Assembly (NCBI GenBank): GCA_036172245.1
Contig: JAYWIR010000025.1
Coordinates: forward strand, 2,170,001-2,234,000
Direction of reading: 5' to 3'
From: Raillietiella orientalis
Taxonomy: Eukaryota
DNA: 64,000 bases
The notes under the pieces are model-generated. The model saw nothing but the letters and a program-made list of their open reading frames with translations. It had not been told where the DNA came from and ran no database searches. The position numbers and the translations under genes were made by a program. Numbering within the stretch: the first letter of the stretch is position 1; the number at the start of each line of letters is the position of its first letter. This document shows, in pieces, positions 1 to 12,849 of the stretch.

Positions 1-1500
1 TCCACCGTTAGCTTCACGAAGGTCAACAACGAATCGAAGGTCACAGCAGGCTGGTTCGGAACGATTTCTCGAAGGCAACGAAACTTTGACAGTCGCCCAT
101 CTCCAGCCAAAGATGAGAGACAAACAAAACGGATCCAAGAATCTCCGAATCTTTGAGAAGAGAAGGCGCTCGTTCTGCTGTGCTGGAGATGAAAGGGAGT
201 CTCCTTAGAAACAGACGACTCTACCGGAAAAAAGCAGTCAAAGAGTGGATGACAATTTCTCGAGCTATCCAGGTGACATCCGTAGATTTGGGAAAGTTAA
301 AGATTCAACAGAGGTCCAAGGTCCAAGACTGGAACTGGAAATCTCTCCTTCCTTGTAGTTCTAAAGACTACACAGCAGCGTGTGGGAACGCGAATGACAT
401 CCAGTAGGGTGGAAAAGCCTCAAGAACCAGAAAGGGACAGGCAATGGAACAGGAAGAGTGATTGTGCAAAAGCGACAAGAGAGGTGCCCGTGGAAGGAAA
501 GGCGGAAGTGCATTCGTCCCATCTTGCACTTCAGTAATCGCCTCGAAATGCCGCTCTAAAATGCCAGCTGGGTATCCTGACCATCTACAAGATCGGACTG
601 CAGGTGCAGTTCCGACTTTTGTGTGCCAATTGTGAACTTGTCATTGGTGTGCTCGGCACATCACATCCTCCGGCGATGCGTTGGAAGCTCAGGATTGGAT
701 GACAGACTTTCGCTGCTGCCGCGCAACCCACATAGTAGGAGTGAATTTGGCTATCCCCTGAGGCATCTGTCCTTACTTCTATTAGCTGACCCATGGATCT
801 CCTGACATCTCCAAAACTGGAACACCTGGAGGCAGGAGGCACTAAAGTCCTGAGTTTCCACTCTGGAAGTGCGCCCAGAAGAACTGCGACCTCTATAGAA
901 TCTCCTGTGCAAACCGCTGGGAGATCTCCTGCAGTATTGGACGCAATGGTCCCGGATAGCCGTCACCATCCTTGCCTCAGCAGTGTTTACACTCAGCACA
1001 CGAAATGGCAGCAGCCAAACGGCGGAATGGGATTCTCCTGCAAAATGTCAGGAGTCGAAAGACTACTTGACGGCTGCAAGGCGAGCAGGTTGGTTGGTGG
1101 ACGCGGCCACTCCTCGTTTCCAGGCGGAGTGACTCCTTCGGTGGAGTTACCCGCTTGGTTTTTCCCCCCAAGAACTTGTGGTCCCTCCCCTTTGCGTGGA
1201 CACCTTCATGTTCCCGCTACGGTGGATGTTCTGCTGTTTCCGTACTGGGGGGATTTCAGTGCAATCAGCGCATACACCTGGTTTCCGGGAGAAATTTGCA
1301 TCCCCGAACTGTTTAAGGTGCGAGGCAATGGAAACGTTCTGTCACCTCCTGTTGGACTGCGGTGCCCTGGAGAACATTTGGTGGGGACTCGTTTCGGCAC
1401 TCCGTCGACCCCTGGAGGACTCTCTGCAGCGTCTTGGAAATTCGATTGCCCCCCCCCCCTCCCGATAAACCGTGCGATGCTTGTCACTGGAACTTGTCTT
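1..1500 (+). mobile_element. Decayed L1/Tx1-clade LINE, ORF2 3' part (post-RT region and CCHC zinc knuckle)
   Basis: 1298-1380 reads ASPNCLRCEAMETFCHLLLDCGALENIW, an intact C-x2-C...ET..H-x4-C knuckle typical of L1/Tx1 ORF2 C-termini. ~445-550 gives WNRK...VP / GRKGGSAFVP, a degenerate W.GK..LP..GGLG.P motif. A short related fragment (gtttcggcgctccgtcgacccctg) recurs at ~2180-2205. Confidence 0.6.
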
Positions 1501-2279
1501 TCATCTTGACTGTGGCAGAGAACCTCAACAGGATACAACCAGGACCCTCCCCTCCCCTCATGCAGCCATTTCGAATTTCGGGAGAAGGTCAGCACCTCCC
1601 TGTTCCCGTGGATTTGATACCTGTGCATCCGTGATACCGGGCTCTTGAAGAAAGCCGGAAGTCATCCAGGGGAATGTGGAAGCGCAAATTAGAATTCTTG
1701 GGAACCGTCGCAGTCCAATACGACCATCAGGTCGGATGGTTTCAGGAAACGGAGGATGGGATGGCATGGGTAACGGCTTTCAACTCTGCACTGCCACTTG
1801 TGTGACATGGCATCAGGTGCGACGAATTTTCCCTGCGTACGAGCAGCAGATGAGGCTGGACTTTCTTGACCCGAGGTCAGAGCCAGATTTTTTCGCTCCT
1901 TTTTTTTGAATGACCCAAGGTGCGGGCCGTTGAAACCGAAAAGGCACGTCCCGACTTAAGGAGCGCATCCTCTTTCCGGGAGAAACATTTCGGTTCCTGA
2001 GCAAGCAGAGCTCTGGGATGTTCGTCCTCGAAGCAACCCGACAGACGCAGTGACCCCGGAAGGGAACAAAGTCCGCTGCAGCCCAGATACACAACTGAAT
2101 CGCGGCCCTCCTACGCGTAGGCAGGCTGCAGTGGCCGTCCCGTGCATCCCAGTGTGTTTCGAGGCTTTCACCTCCAAAACGGTTTCGGCGCTCCGTCGAC
2201 CCCTGTTGGACCCCTTCGCTTCGGAATCGCTGCGGTGCTTCCTCACTCAAGGCGAACTGGCGGTAGGCACCGTGAGTTC

Positions 2280-4850
2280 ACACCCAGGTGCGCCGGGGAG
2301 TTCATTTCTCTTACAGGGATCGATAGAGATAAAAGACCCACCGATTCCAATTATCACACTCAAAAAAAAACAACTACGGGGGAGGCCGGCGGAAGTTCAT
2401 GAAGGGGAAGAGGGGTGAAAAAAAATAGGAAACAAACTATAACAAATAAGAAAAACTAACAACAAAAAAAAATAGTCGGGAGAAGAGAAGGGATCCCATT
2501 TCGTGGTGAGTGAGTCCTCTGCATCCGTTGAAGGAAGCCGGCGAGCTCCTCCTCCTTCCCTTCCAGGTGGGGTCACCTCGAAGCTATCCGCAGGAAGAGG
2601 ATGGCATGCAGGATAGCCTCCCCTTCGCTTCGGCCTCCCTCGGCGTCACACTTCGCCGCAACGGCACCGCACATGCAGCACAGCGCTGAGATTGCGGCTA
2701 CAGGCGTCATGGCGTCCCGCATGAAGAGGGGCCTCAAAGAGTCTCTGGGATCGCCGACGGGGTGGGAACGCAGAGAAACGTTCCCACAAGCCCCGGAGGG
2801 CGGCGCACTTCACTAAGATGTTGGGAAATGTCTCCTTGTCTCCACACCTGGCACAGTTCGGCGATGCACTTCCCCTCGTCCAGTGGTGCCGGCGCGCATT
2901 GCACGGAAGACTTCAGTGCCGTACCATTGCTGCCAATTGGGAAGAAGCAGCTTACTTTCCATGAAGACGAGGGCACTTCCAACTCTTCGGGCTGAATGGA
3001 GAAGAGTTCCAGTCCTTTAGAGTCTGTTCTTGCTGTTGCTGCGTCAGCCAGCTGACGTGTAGTCCAGCCACCGATAGGCAATCTGCGGGCCGAGATCTCG
3101 CAGGAAACCTCCCACTTCGCCGGTAGGCAGGTGTCATGTACTCCGACAGCCGAGGACACCGCTACTGCGAAGGAGGTGGCTGGTGGGTGGGCCAACTTAG
3201 TCAGCTCACTACCCCACGCCTTCAATGTTCTCCCGCTGTTCTTCTGAAACTTCCGGTAGCGGGTAACTTCCGCCGAAACCCGGGTGAGCTGGGTCTATGT
3301 CCACACTTTCTCCTGCTGCCAGGCCGGAGTGTCCGCAGGACGGCAGGAAATCCACGTGTTCGCTTTCACCAGAACCGCGACGCACAGGAGGGGGAAGCCG
3401 CAAAATGGGAGGCGGCGGTGGCGGCATGCGAACAGGGTTGCGAGTCCTTCGCCCCCGACCGCCAGCCGGGAGAGCGAAAGTGCAGGGGCGCACCAATGGG
3501 TGGTTCAGTTCCGTGCCACGAAGGCTAGTCTTCTGAAGTTCAGTTGACCTTCCATGCGCTCTAACGTCAGGAGTCCAAGTCCTCCATCGCGACGAGGAGT
3601 GCACAAGTCTTTTACTCGGGCTCAGGACCTTCCATTGCCCCAGAGGGCTTTTCGAAGGAGGCTGCGATCGTAGCGAGATGCTGCATTCGAGCCATAGTGA
3701 CATTCCTCTCCGTGTTGGAGCCTCTTTCGTAGCGAAGGGAGGGAGAGGCCACCGATTTGTTGGTGATTTCGTCGGGATCCCTGGATGGAAAAAAAAAAAT
3801 TTGAATAAAAAATGAAGTTTCTCGTGGAGTCCATCCGGGAGAGCGTTTCGTCCTTTGTTCGTTGAGGTAGCAGCTACAAGTGGACTGAGCAAAGCCTGGT
3901 CCCGGCAACTCTGCGGATCAGCTCTGGGGTAAAAGAACTCGTCGAGGATGCTTTGAAGTCGGATCGGGCATTTCCACTCTGCACAGCCAGGAGATGCAGT
4001 GTAGGGTCAGGAGATTCTTCCGACAACGCCTCTGAGACTATTCAGGAATGGCGCTCCCCCGGCGTGCTACGATTGCGTCCTGATCGAAAATGGGCAGCTC
4101 GGAAGACCAAAGAGGCACTGCTTGGAGACCCAGCTGTGGAACTTCAAAGAGGAGGCGCTTCCCCTCCCCCGCAATGCTCTTCCTCAGCGGTTCATGTGGA
4201 ATTCTTCCCTAACTAGAGAGTTGACACATTGTGCTCTTGTGTGATGCAACAAAATGTCTCTCTTTTTTTGGGAGGGGGGGGGAGTTCGTTTTTTTTTTTT
4301 TTTTTTCTCAATAGAGTTTGGTCATCCTCCAGTTGCCATGTCCGAGCAAGTGGTTTGTTTTCAATCCGCAGGAGGCAAGCAGCTGATTCACATCGGCTGC
4401 TGCTTGCTGTCTCTCTCTCTCTCTGTTTTCCCCTTCGGTTTCGTGCCTCGCATGATTGCGAAAGCAGGTGGCGTCCGATGAGCAACCGGTGCTGTAGGAG
4501 ACTTCAGTCATTCTGCATGGCAGGGCAGATGCTTTCCGGCTCAGCTTTAGTGTTGTTCCACTTCCCTTCAGATCTCAGGAGCAGCTCCTCCTCATGACAC
4601 AAAAAAGGAAGAAAGAGAAGGGAAAGCATTTTCGAGTCGAGCTCGTTTGTATCAGAATGATGTGCTTTGAAACGGCGGTGAGACAGAAACATGGAAATCC
4701 CTGGGGAAAGAGCGCTCTTCAGTTCTTCAAGGTTAATCTCGCGATTCGCATCCGGCGTCCGAAACACTGCTCTCTCCCCCAAAGAGCACCACCTCTGCTG
4801 AAGAATGCGTGATGGGAGCAATGAATTTCCAGATTTCATCATCGTCAAGA
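2280..4850 (-). mobile_element. Decayed L1/Tx1-clade LINE: RT, post-RT region, zinc knuckle, T-rich 3' UTR and 3' terminus
   Basis: Minus-strand motifs in the expected order: EINLEELKSALSPG (~4700-4745); CLLRIENKPLARTW (~4340-4380, like SLLNxDxKILA); LQSILDEF (~3935-3960); ALWGNGRS*ARVKDLCTPRRDGGLGL (~3570-3650); LPCNARRHHWTRGSASPNCARCGDKETFPNILVKCGALRGLW (~2780-2910). These are followed by a T-rich UTR (2350-2480) and an AATGAA+hairpin end at 2280-2307. Many frameshifts and stops. Confidence 0.75.
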
Positions 4851-5949
4851 GATGTTCCTCTTCTCATGCAATTTGTCAGCGAAGTGTTGAGAACTGCTGG
4901 AAAAGAAACAAAGAAAAGAAGAAGGGGATGCCAGGATGGTAGGACAAGATGAATCCACCGAAATCAGGTGCACATACTTCACTGAATGGGGTGCACTTAG
5001 CATCACCCAGCTATCGTGCTTCCCTAGTAGGTCGCTTCACGTACGAATACGTGTACCTGCAGCAAAAAAACGATTTCTTGCAGAGTGCTGCGTGCTGGCA
5101 GCTTCCATCTCCGTGTGATGATGGCGAGCGGGACCGCGGCGAAATCGATGATTCCTGTTTTTCGTTTCGCTCCTCAGGGGAGTTTCACTTATTTTTTGTG
5201 CCGCGGCTGCTGCTGTTCCTCCCTCCGCCGTTCTCCTCTTCGTCGTCTCCAGCGCTGGTGAAACGATGATGAAACAGCCGGGAGCCCAGCATCCAGCAGT
5301 TTGAATTCTCGCGGAGGAGCACACGCTCAGCCTTGGTGTTTTCGGAAGTGGACGTTATGACGGGCGTGTCCGCGCGAGCACGCTAATGGGTTGAGAATAA
5401 GTGGGAAGAGAAAATGATGACCAGACGTGAGTCATGGAGCCATTATTTTGCCCATCGTTCCTCAACACAAACATGCGAATTCTCGCGCAGTATCCAGCTT
5501 CCCTCTTTCTCCGTTTCTCCGAGCTCGATCACTGAACCCTCTACCAACTCGCTTTGAGTGTAGACGGTGTTTCAAGAGTCGGACTGCTAATTAGGAGCAG
5601 TTGTCAGTGGAAGAGAGAAACCTTATTCGCAGCTTTACGCCAGCGAGAATCTCTCCAGCATACAGCTCTTGGCTGCGTTGCTATGAGATCCTTCTCTGCC
5701 GCTGCAGTTGGTCGAGTTTCCGGCTGGGCTGCATCGCTCCTAGACGCTGGCGCCTTCTCGGTAACCGCTTCTTAGAGATAATGATCTGTTCAAGCGAATT
5801 TTTGTTTTTTGTTTTGCTTTAGTTAGCTTTTCCGTAGAGGAACGTGGAGACAGGTCTGTGTCTCCTCCCCGCCAGATGGTGCATTCGCTTCTTAAAAACT
5901 ACAACCAGGCAGATCTTTCCGGTTTTCACTGATTTCTGGAAGTTAACTT

Positions 5950-6700
5950 GGCACCGGACCTTTCGGGTGTGTCGGTCAATGAAGTCTTCCCGGTGACTCG
6001 CGACGGACATCGGAATCGTTTAATCGGTCACTGCATTCACCTGTGTGGTTTTACTACCGAAGGCCCAGTTCCAAGCTAACCTTGCACCGAAGCCGCAGCC
6101 AGCTAGAGAACTCCGCACTTGCAGCAAATCTCTTCTTATCTCCTACTATGTTCTTTCGATCGTTTTTTTTTTTTTTTTTCTACCCCGCTTTCGATTCATG
6201 CACTCTCTCTGAAACAAGGGTGTGGTGGAATCAAATCAGTAATGCATTGTAAACTCTTGAAGCTGTCGAGCTTCATAGTGAGGAAGGATGATCTTTTGTC
6301 TGTTCCAGGTATCCAGGGCAAATTCATGTTCTCTGACACCCCTCCGTGGTTTGCGTTTGTCGGAACTGGTTGGTCCAAGCTGATGTTTTCTCGCACGCAA
6401 AACCTCGTTCCTGAGACCGACGCACTTCCGACAGCTCTTCTGGCCGGTCACGTGCTCCGTTCTTCGTTTTCTATCCCACCACCTGTCGGCTGCCACCATT
6501 CTAAGTAAGCAGAGACCTCTTCCATCGAGCAGAAAAGGAAGTGAGGAAACAGGAACGAGCCCCCGATGGATGCCACTTCCGTGCCCATCAAACCGAATTT
6601 CCGGATTCGAACGGGCGGCGTGCGGGGATGACGTTTCCTTGCCAACAGCAGCTTGCGGAACGCGAATGCCACTAATTCGAAAGCCTCACTCGAGTGTCCG
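5950..6700 (-). mobile_element. Decayed R2-like (RLE-endonuclease) non-LTR retrotransposon, C-terminal part
   Basis: Minus strand, in order: CWQGNV (W..QG.GV motif); RTEHVTGQ...LRNEVL (ET.EH..G.C...RHNEV knuckle region); QCITDL...ESGVEKKK (D..A..EK..KY); GCGFGARLAW (G.V.GARG.W). A weaker upstream continuation is possible at ~7500-8050. Confidence 0.45.
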
Positions 6701-8640
6701 ATCTCCTGATTAACCCGTCTCTCCTTGCATGACTGCCGGATTGGGTTCGATTTGCGGAGGTGACCAAACCCGCGTCACCTCTCCCTCCTGTCTCCGCTTC
6801 TTCCTCTCCCGGGATCATCTGGCTCGGAGACGGGGCCGGCTCTCCTCCTCGAACCGCTCGGAGTCGGAAAGCCGAAAACCCCGGGCGGAAAATTGCGAAG
6901 GGAGGTTTTACGAAACTTCCGGAAAAATTCGAAAATCGTCGAGGGAGAGGAAAGTCTCTCCGCGTGCCCGTCGGGAACTTTTTCAACCGAACGCTTTTGA
7001 GCGCGCCGGGCGTGTTTGTGAAAGCGTACGTCACTTTTACTACGGCAGAAAATAAATAAATAAATCTGCACGCCAGCGTTTCCAAATGAATTCGCGTGCA
7101 TCACAAATCAGGGGCACTGCCGCGTCCTCTCGCCTTTTCCAGCCACCATCACGCTGGAGGAAGGTTGATCATAATAATCATCAGTACAAATCTTTCTGGC
7201 ACGTTAACGTGACGAAGGGTTTTGCGTGCGCTTCCTACGAAGTCTGGAATCGGACCGGGCGCGCATTCCAACGCAACCGGATGGGAAGAACAGAGAGGGC
7301 ATCCCTCCCGTCCACTGCATTCCGTGTTCTGTCCCTACCCCCGGTAGGTCGAGGATTCCTTCCCCCCCCCGTCTGTCCGCTGCCTGCTTTCACAACTCCC
7401 CCGACTCGAACCTCCTGCCCTGCCTCCATTCTTCATTATCTTGTGAGGGCACTCTCAGCACTTGCTGATACACCGTGTCACCATTGCTGAACCCTCCAAC
7501 GTATCCCTCACTGCCAAAAATATGCCACGAAGAGACGAGTACTCAACCCTTTCTTCCTGCAGTGCACGAGTGCTGCAATGATTCTCGCCGGAACGCGGGT
7601 GTCATCCGACAGGGAACCAGATGCAAGGGTTTCACAGATTGCCGTGTCCTGCAGCGTTGGATCGCTCAGCAAAGTCCGTCGCCATGAAATTCTGTTCGAA
7701 GGGTAAGTAAACTTTGGAGTGAGTGATCTGCCCGTTTTACTTCCCTCATCATACGAAGGCCCACCGCTCTTCGACTGCTCACAATGCCACCTATCAAGGG
7801 CTTTGGGAATTACCAACAGTTCCACTCTCACAATGTCGGCCTTCCCCTGAAAACCGACTTTCCTCGCGAAGTACTTAATCCAGGATTGCCACCGGGCGTT
7901 TCATTTGGGACGATCCATCTCAGTTCCGTTAGGAATCTTCGGTGTGCTGGCTGCTTGCTTCCGTTACTGTGACTGCAGAATCCGTCGTCTCACCATCGGA
8001 GCATTGTGGCATTTGTGCCGAATCTGATGCTCCGCGTACTTCGCAAACGCTCGTTCCATTTTCGGTCAAGTCCTTCCAGGCCACTAAAGTATGTGGAGAG
8101 TGTCAGGTCGCTTCTTAGGGATATGGGACTTTGGACGTCAGAAGGAAGCTAATTTTTACTGTGATGCATCAAAAGGGGAGAAAGCGTCGCGCGCCCACCT
8201 TATGACGTCCGCATCGACTGCAGCCTGCGTGCGACGTAAACTCAGCAGTTCTGAGCGGCCCTCGTGGAACAAGAAAGAGCCCGAGAGCCTGAAATCATTC
8301 ATTTGGACACGTGAAATGTGAAAATGAAAACACTCTTTGCCGGGGGCTATGTAAAATTCAAAATTGATGGATTAACTTGTGATGACTAATGTGATTGCCA
8401 CATCCAAATAACTTCATTAGGCATCGATTCCACTTTTGAATTTCCTATTGACACCGACACAGACGGTCTGCTGGTGCTCCGTTAGAACTTTTGAAAAGGA
8501 CCATTTTTGGATAGTTGCGCGAGGTTTTATACCGAGAACCGGTTTACAACCGGCACTGAAGGACATTACCAGAGGGCCTCAGTGCTCGCGAATATCCCAT
8601 ACGCATGTATGACATGACAACCCATTGTATACATACACAC

Positions 8641-8671
8641 ATATCTATATCTATCTATATATATATATATA
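8641..8671. repeat. (TA)n/(TCTA)-type microsatellite
   Basis: atatctatatctatctatatatatatatata read directly. Confidence 0.85.
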
Positions 8672-9199
8672 CAACAGGAGCCGTGTACGTTCCACATTGG
8701 ACGAATCTGCTTTATACAAGCCCTATGAGTCATATGGCGGATAATTTTGCAGTATTCATAGAAGGTGTAAAATGTATCTTGAAACCTCATAACAGTGCGA
8801 TCTTGTTATTTCATTTTAAAACCGAAAAGAAAAAAAAAATGAAAGTATCTATCTATTATTTAACTTGGAGTAAAAATAAACAAAAAAGCCTTTATAGTTT
8901 TGTTGATGTGTAATCAATGTAAACAATTCTGTAGCTTTCTCAGCTCTGTCGTTCTCGTTTTTCAACACTCACCTTACTTCAGTCATGTGTTCGTGTTTGA
9001 AAAGCAGCCGAGCTGACCCCGCAGCGCAAAACTGTGATCCACACAGCATCTTCGGGACCGCACTGCGCCACGAGAGGGCTGCCGCTGTTTTTCCTTCCCG
9101 TTACACGGATCCGCTTGATAGAGAGGTCTACCGTAGGTGTGTGTGTGTAGATCTATATGAAACACCTATGGCATAGATGAATGGTATATACATGCCACG

Positions 9200-9640
9200 T
9201 CTGTGTTCGCTTATGTTCATCGGTTTCCAGCAATTCAATGGAACGATTTGTTTGCAGTCCATCTCTGGATGTGGTACGTGGGAAAAACAAAATCCAAGAC
9301 TGTTGCAACGACGCAATTCTTCAAGCAGAGTCGGAAGAGGGACTTTCGTGGTTCTCAGTTGACTTTTGCAAAGTAAAGCTGGAACTTTGAGCGGCTGCTG
9401 GAAGATGCTGCAAAAGATGGAGAGGATCGAATGGTGCTGATCTTCCGTAAGCACGGTGTACGAGAGGAATCGGTCTGGGCACGCGAGGTACGCGAACCTC
9501 GACCTGAGTCGCTCTTCAAGATGGCACCGGGGAACGTGCCAGGGGAAGGGGGGGGGGTCCAGAATTTTCGTTCGGGAAACGCCTGGCAAGTGATGCGTGG
9601 TGGGAAACTCGACCAGGGAGATAGCAGGGTGACTGAGTGA
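9200..9640 (+). mobile_element. Decayed R2-like retrotransposon fragment (post-RT region)
   Basis: QDCCNDAILQAESEEGL (like T.D..LY...GGLG), followed by SRWHRGTCQGKG(G)VQNFRSGNAW at ~9515-9590, matching the R2-family W..L..QG.GV..F...SN.W motif. Confidence 0.5.
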
Positions 9641-9849
9641 CTGCAGGACCGAAACAGCCCACACGACGACAATGACTTCATTGATGATGAAGGGGGTACG
9701 AGGGCATCGAAACTTCTAGAACTGGAGCGGATCGGAAGGAGTGCAATTGTGCTCCTGTAGGCAAGATCAACCACCATTTCTCCCGACGAATACTCAAGCA
9801 GATGTTTGGGGAATCACCAGCATGAGTCAGGAGGATGCTCGGCAAGGAT

Positions 9850-10530
9850 ACATTTCGCAAGAGGCGGAAGAGTAAAGGTCAGGAAGAAAGGAGCAGCTGA
9901 AGAAGTGATTGCTCTAAAGAACTGAAGGAACAACCTGTGCCACGAGGCAGTTTCAGAGGCTCTTCCGCATGAGTCTGGGGTCTTTGGTGGATTTCTTCTC
10001 TAAGGGAGCACGGAACCAAAGCCAGCTCAGAATGTATCGTTTCTCTTTGAACTGATTCGCTCCATTTTCTCCTTGGGATGCTGCTCGATTTGGTGAAAAC
10101 GAAGTTTCTAAGGATCGAATCCTCTCTTGATAAGTACAAATCGCCTGCTAGAAACGGTAGGGAAACTGGGAACGTTGACTTCAGGGGACGTATGCAATCT
10201 CCGGATCACGTCATCGGTTTCCCATCAAGGTCTGAGCCAAGCACGGAGCTGCGCCAGTTCTTGGAAATTCCCAGCAGGATTGAGGAAGAACAGGCATCTT
10301 CTCGTCACCCACCTGGAGGCCATCCACAGAGTTTGGCAAATGAAAACTCTGAGTGCTGCTAGGCTGAGGTTTTCCGCAATTCTGTAGGGCGAGCCACCTG
10401 AAGAGTCCCGAAAGTAAGCGCCAAAGTAGCTCCTGATTTCCGTCCTTGTCTTAGTGTATTGAGCCATACACCGCTCGAGATCAGTATTCAGGGCAGCCGC
10501 TTCCAAGTATCTCGTCTTGCTCGTGGGCAC
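9850..10530 (-). mobile_element. Decayed R2-like retrotransposon fragment (end of RT, thumb region)
   Basis: TRYLEA (K/RYLG-like), AQLRAWLRP...LHTS (K.WL.LP...LH) and LKLPRGTGCSF (KL..QG.G..F) in the expected order; highly degenerate. Confidence 0.35.
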
Positions 10531-10986
10531 GCGTATTTCATTGATACAGTTCCCATGTCATGATGTTCTGTCACATCACTAGGAGTTAGCAGCTCTTCTA
10601 GATCATGGCCGAAATCCTGCGCAGATGAATGGAACAACTGTATAAGTTGTGAGCCAGTGGATTGTTACTATCGTGGTGTTGAACGTTTCCCAAGAAGGTG
10701 TGACGTAGTTTCCTGAAATTGCGGCTTCACTTCCTGCTGAAAGGAAACTGTTTCCCAGCGTCGGGTTGCCAGATGTACCTTCACCAATAGCACAAGAATG
10801 TACTATTGCTTGCTCATCCGACAAGGTCATGGCCGTAGCACATCAAGCCTCGATTTTCTACAAACACTTTTCACTGATGCGCTGCTTTTTATTTCAAAGA
10901 ACGCAATTTACATCGCTCCGGAAGTATCACAACAGGGCTTCACCTTTCCACAACTTGCTATCATTACTTTTGATGTATTCAGTTAC

Positions 10987-11352
10987 TATGAGGCACATTT
11001 GAAAAGTAGTGGTCGATCGGATGTAAAGAAAGAACGAATAAGAGAACCAAAAAAGTACCCGTGGTTTCAAACACATACACCCCCCTGTCATTTTTCTACA
11101 TAGTCCCCATTTTTCCCCCAACACTTTCGAACGCGTGGAAGGGGTTTTTTCAGCCCTCTGCATCGAATTCCGCCGCCTGGGCGTCCAGCCAGTTCAGCAG
11201 CACCGCAGTTTTCCACTCCCCACTTCTCCCCTCGAATTGCCGAGCCACTTCTTCAGGTGCAGGAAGAAGTGGTAGTCACTGAGCGCGAGGTCAGGGCCGG
11301 GTGGTCAAAAACTTCACATTTGAATTTCCGAATTGTCTGGAGTGTGCGGACA
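10987..11352 (-). mobile_element. Mariner transposon 3' fragment with terminal inverted repeat (copy 1)
   Basis: Across frameshifts the minus strand reads FDHP-[deletion]-DLALSDYHFFLHLKKWLG...NWLDAQAAEFDAEG/LKKPLPRVRKCWGKNGDYVEK* (stop at 11088-11090), the mariner transposase C-terminus. It ends in a TA-TGAGGCACATTTGAAAAGT mariner-like TIR at ~10987-11007. Closely similar to 57197-57569. Confidence 0.85.
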
Positions 11353-11399
11353 GCAGTGTGTGGGACCAAAAGGGTGTATTTTCGGTGTACTTTGTGGAG

Positions 11400-12700
11400 C
11401 CTGGAACACAATTCTACTGTGTAGAAACACTTTCAACACCAATAGTACAACAACCACCGCCATTCCGAACCTCGACATAGAATGTGCTGAGATGAGGAAT
11501 TGGTTTCCTTCACGACACCGCGAGCCTTGGCAACACATGCTGGATCCTAGGAATGAGGGTATTCATAATGGAGGGATCCTGGGATTAAGGGTGTTCTGCA
11601 AGAGATGGAAATCCCAAGATGAGAGCCATTTCTCCAGCGCGACAATGTCTTCTGCCCTTCGAAGCGGACGGGATGTCTGCTGGACGTGCCGTCTGGGCCG
11701 AACGACCGAGCACAGCCCAACAAAGGTCGAGCTGCTGCCCCCAAAAGAAGATCGCTACTCTCCAGATCCATGCACCACCCAAACTCGAGCAATCAGGAGT
11801 GGGTCAGCGGAGAATAATTCCCAGTACCGAGAGCGGAAGGTCGAGGGTTGGAAGCCCGACGGCACCCTCTCTTCAAACAGGGAGCAACATCAATGAATCC
11901 TAAATAGCGAAAATTGCAGCGCAAATCAATGCACCCGAAAAGCCCCGCTCCAATGGGCTTCTTCCACGCTTCTGGAGAAACCGATGATGTACTTTCGACA
12001 CATCCGGTTCCATGGGGACCGAAGTGCGGTACTCCACTAGGAGAACGCCCATCGCCGCACACGTGATGTACGAGGTGCCTGCCTCGCCGGAACGCTTGCA
12101 GCTCTCGGCGGATTAAACCCACGCAGAATGAGTCCTTGCCTTTGCCAGCCACAGCGTGGGTTCCACCTACGAACGTTGAGTTGTCGAGACACACATCCTG
12201 AGAGAATCATCCTTGAAAAGTCCTCCTGGGAATTTCACGCCTATGGTCTCAATGGGGTGCACTTTTATCCAAATGCTGTCGCTTGCATCGAATGTATTCG
12301 TGCTGAAGTTTCGAGATCGGTGAATGCAAAGGAGAGATCTCCTGCAGCTTCCGCTCTTTTCCAGATCTGTCATGCTTCGTTTGTTGCCGGAGAGCTTGAA
12401 CGAGAGCTTAGCTATGGGGGTGCGCCTTGTCCGGATGACGGCTTCGTCGGGAAATGGCTTCTTCCGTGGTTCGAGCCTTCGACCTTCCTGCCGACACCGA
12501 GGGGGTAATTGGCTGTTGGATCGCATTTTTTTTTTACTCGAGATTGAGGCCATCCTTAAGTCTGGTGTTCTTCTTCTGGAGACTCGCCTAAATACTCTAC
12601 AGGAGCCTAGGCGCCGGAGAAGTATCCTCTGCGTCTAGTAGATATTCCCTCTGGGCTGAGTTTTTGGACGGTCCAGACGGTACATCTGAAGAAGAAGGAG
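11400..12700 (-). mobile_element. Decayed RLE-clade (R2/NeSL-like) reverse transcriptase relic
   Basis: KNSA/PEGIS (APGPDG-like, ~12640-12665), RKKPF (QKGF), NTFDASDSIWI...IGV (NAFDSV.H..I...L...GV) and CNFRYLG (~11900-11920), in RT order. Confidence 0.55.
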
Positions 12701-12849
12701 GCTGCTTTTGCTCAGCATCGCGAAACCAAATCCAGAGCGAATCGACGAGCTGAAAGCAATCTAGCTTGTGCCATCTGTAACATAACCAGGAGCTCCAATC
12801 TTCAAAACTGCATGACCTTTCACCAGATTAATGCTGAAAGAAGGAACTA

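Noticed and set aside
7398..7415. GGTTCGAGTC (minus), tRNA B-box-like; similar GTTCGAATCC at ~6603-6612
   Set aside because: No A box at the proper spacing and no cloverleaf; insufficient for a tRNA or SINE call.
8070..8564. Possible MITE with GTCCTTC..GCC / GGC..GAAGGAC ends; similar MITE-like segments at ~6710-7220 and ~17455-17880
   Set aside because: Terminal repeats are short and imperfect and no convincing TSD is present; plausible but unsupported without copy-number data.
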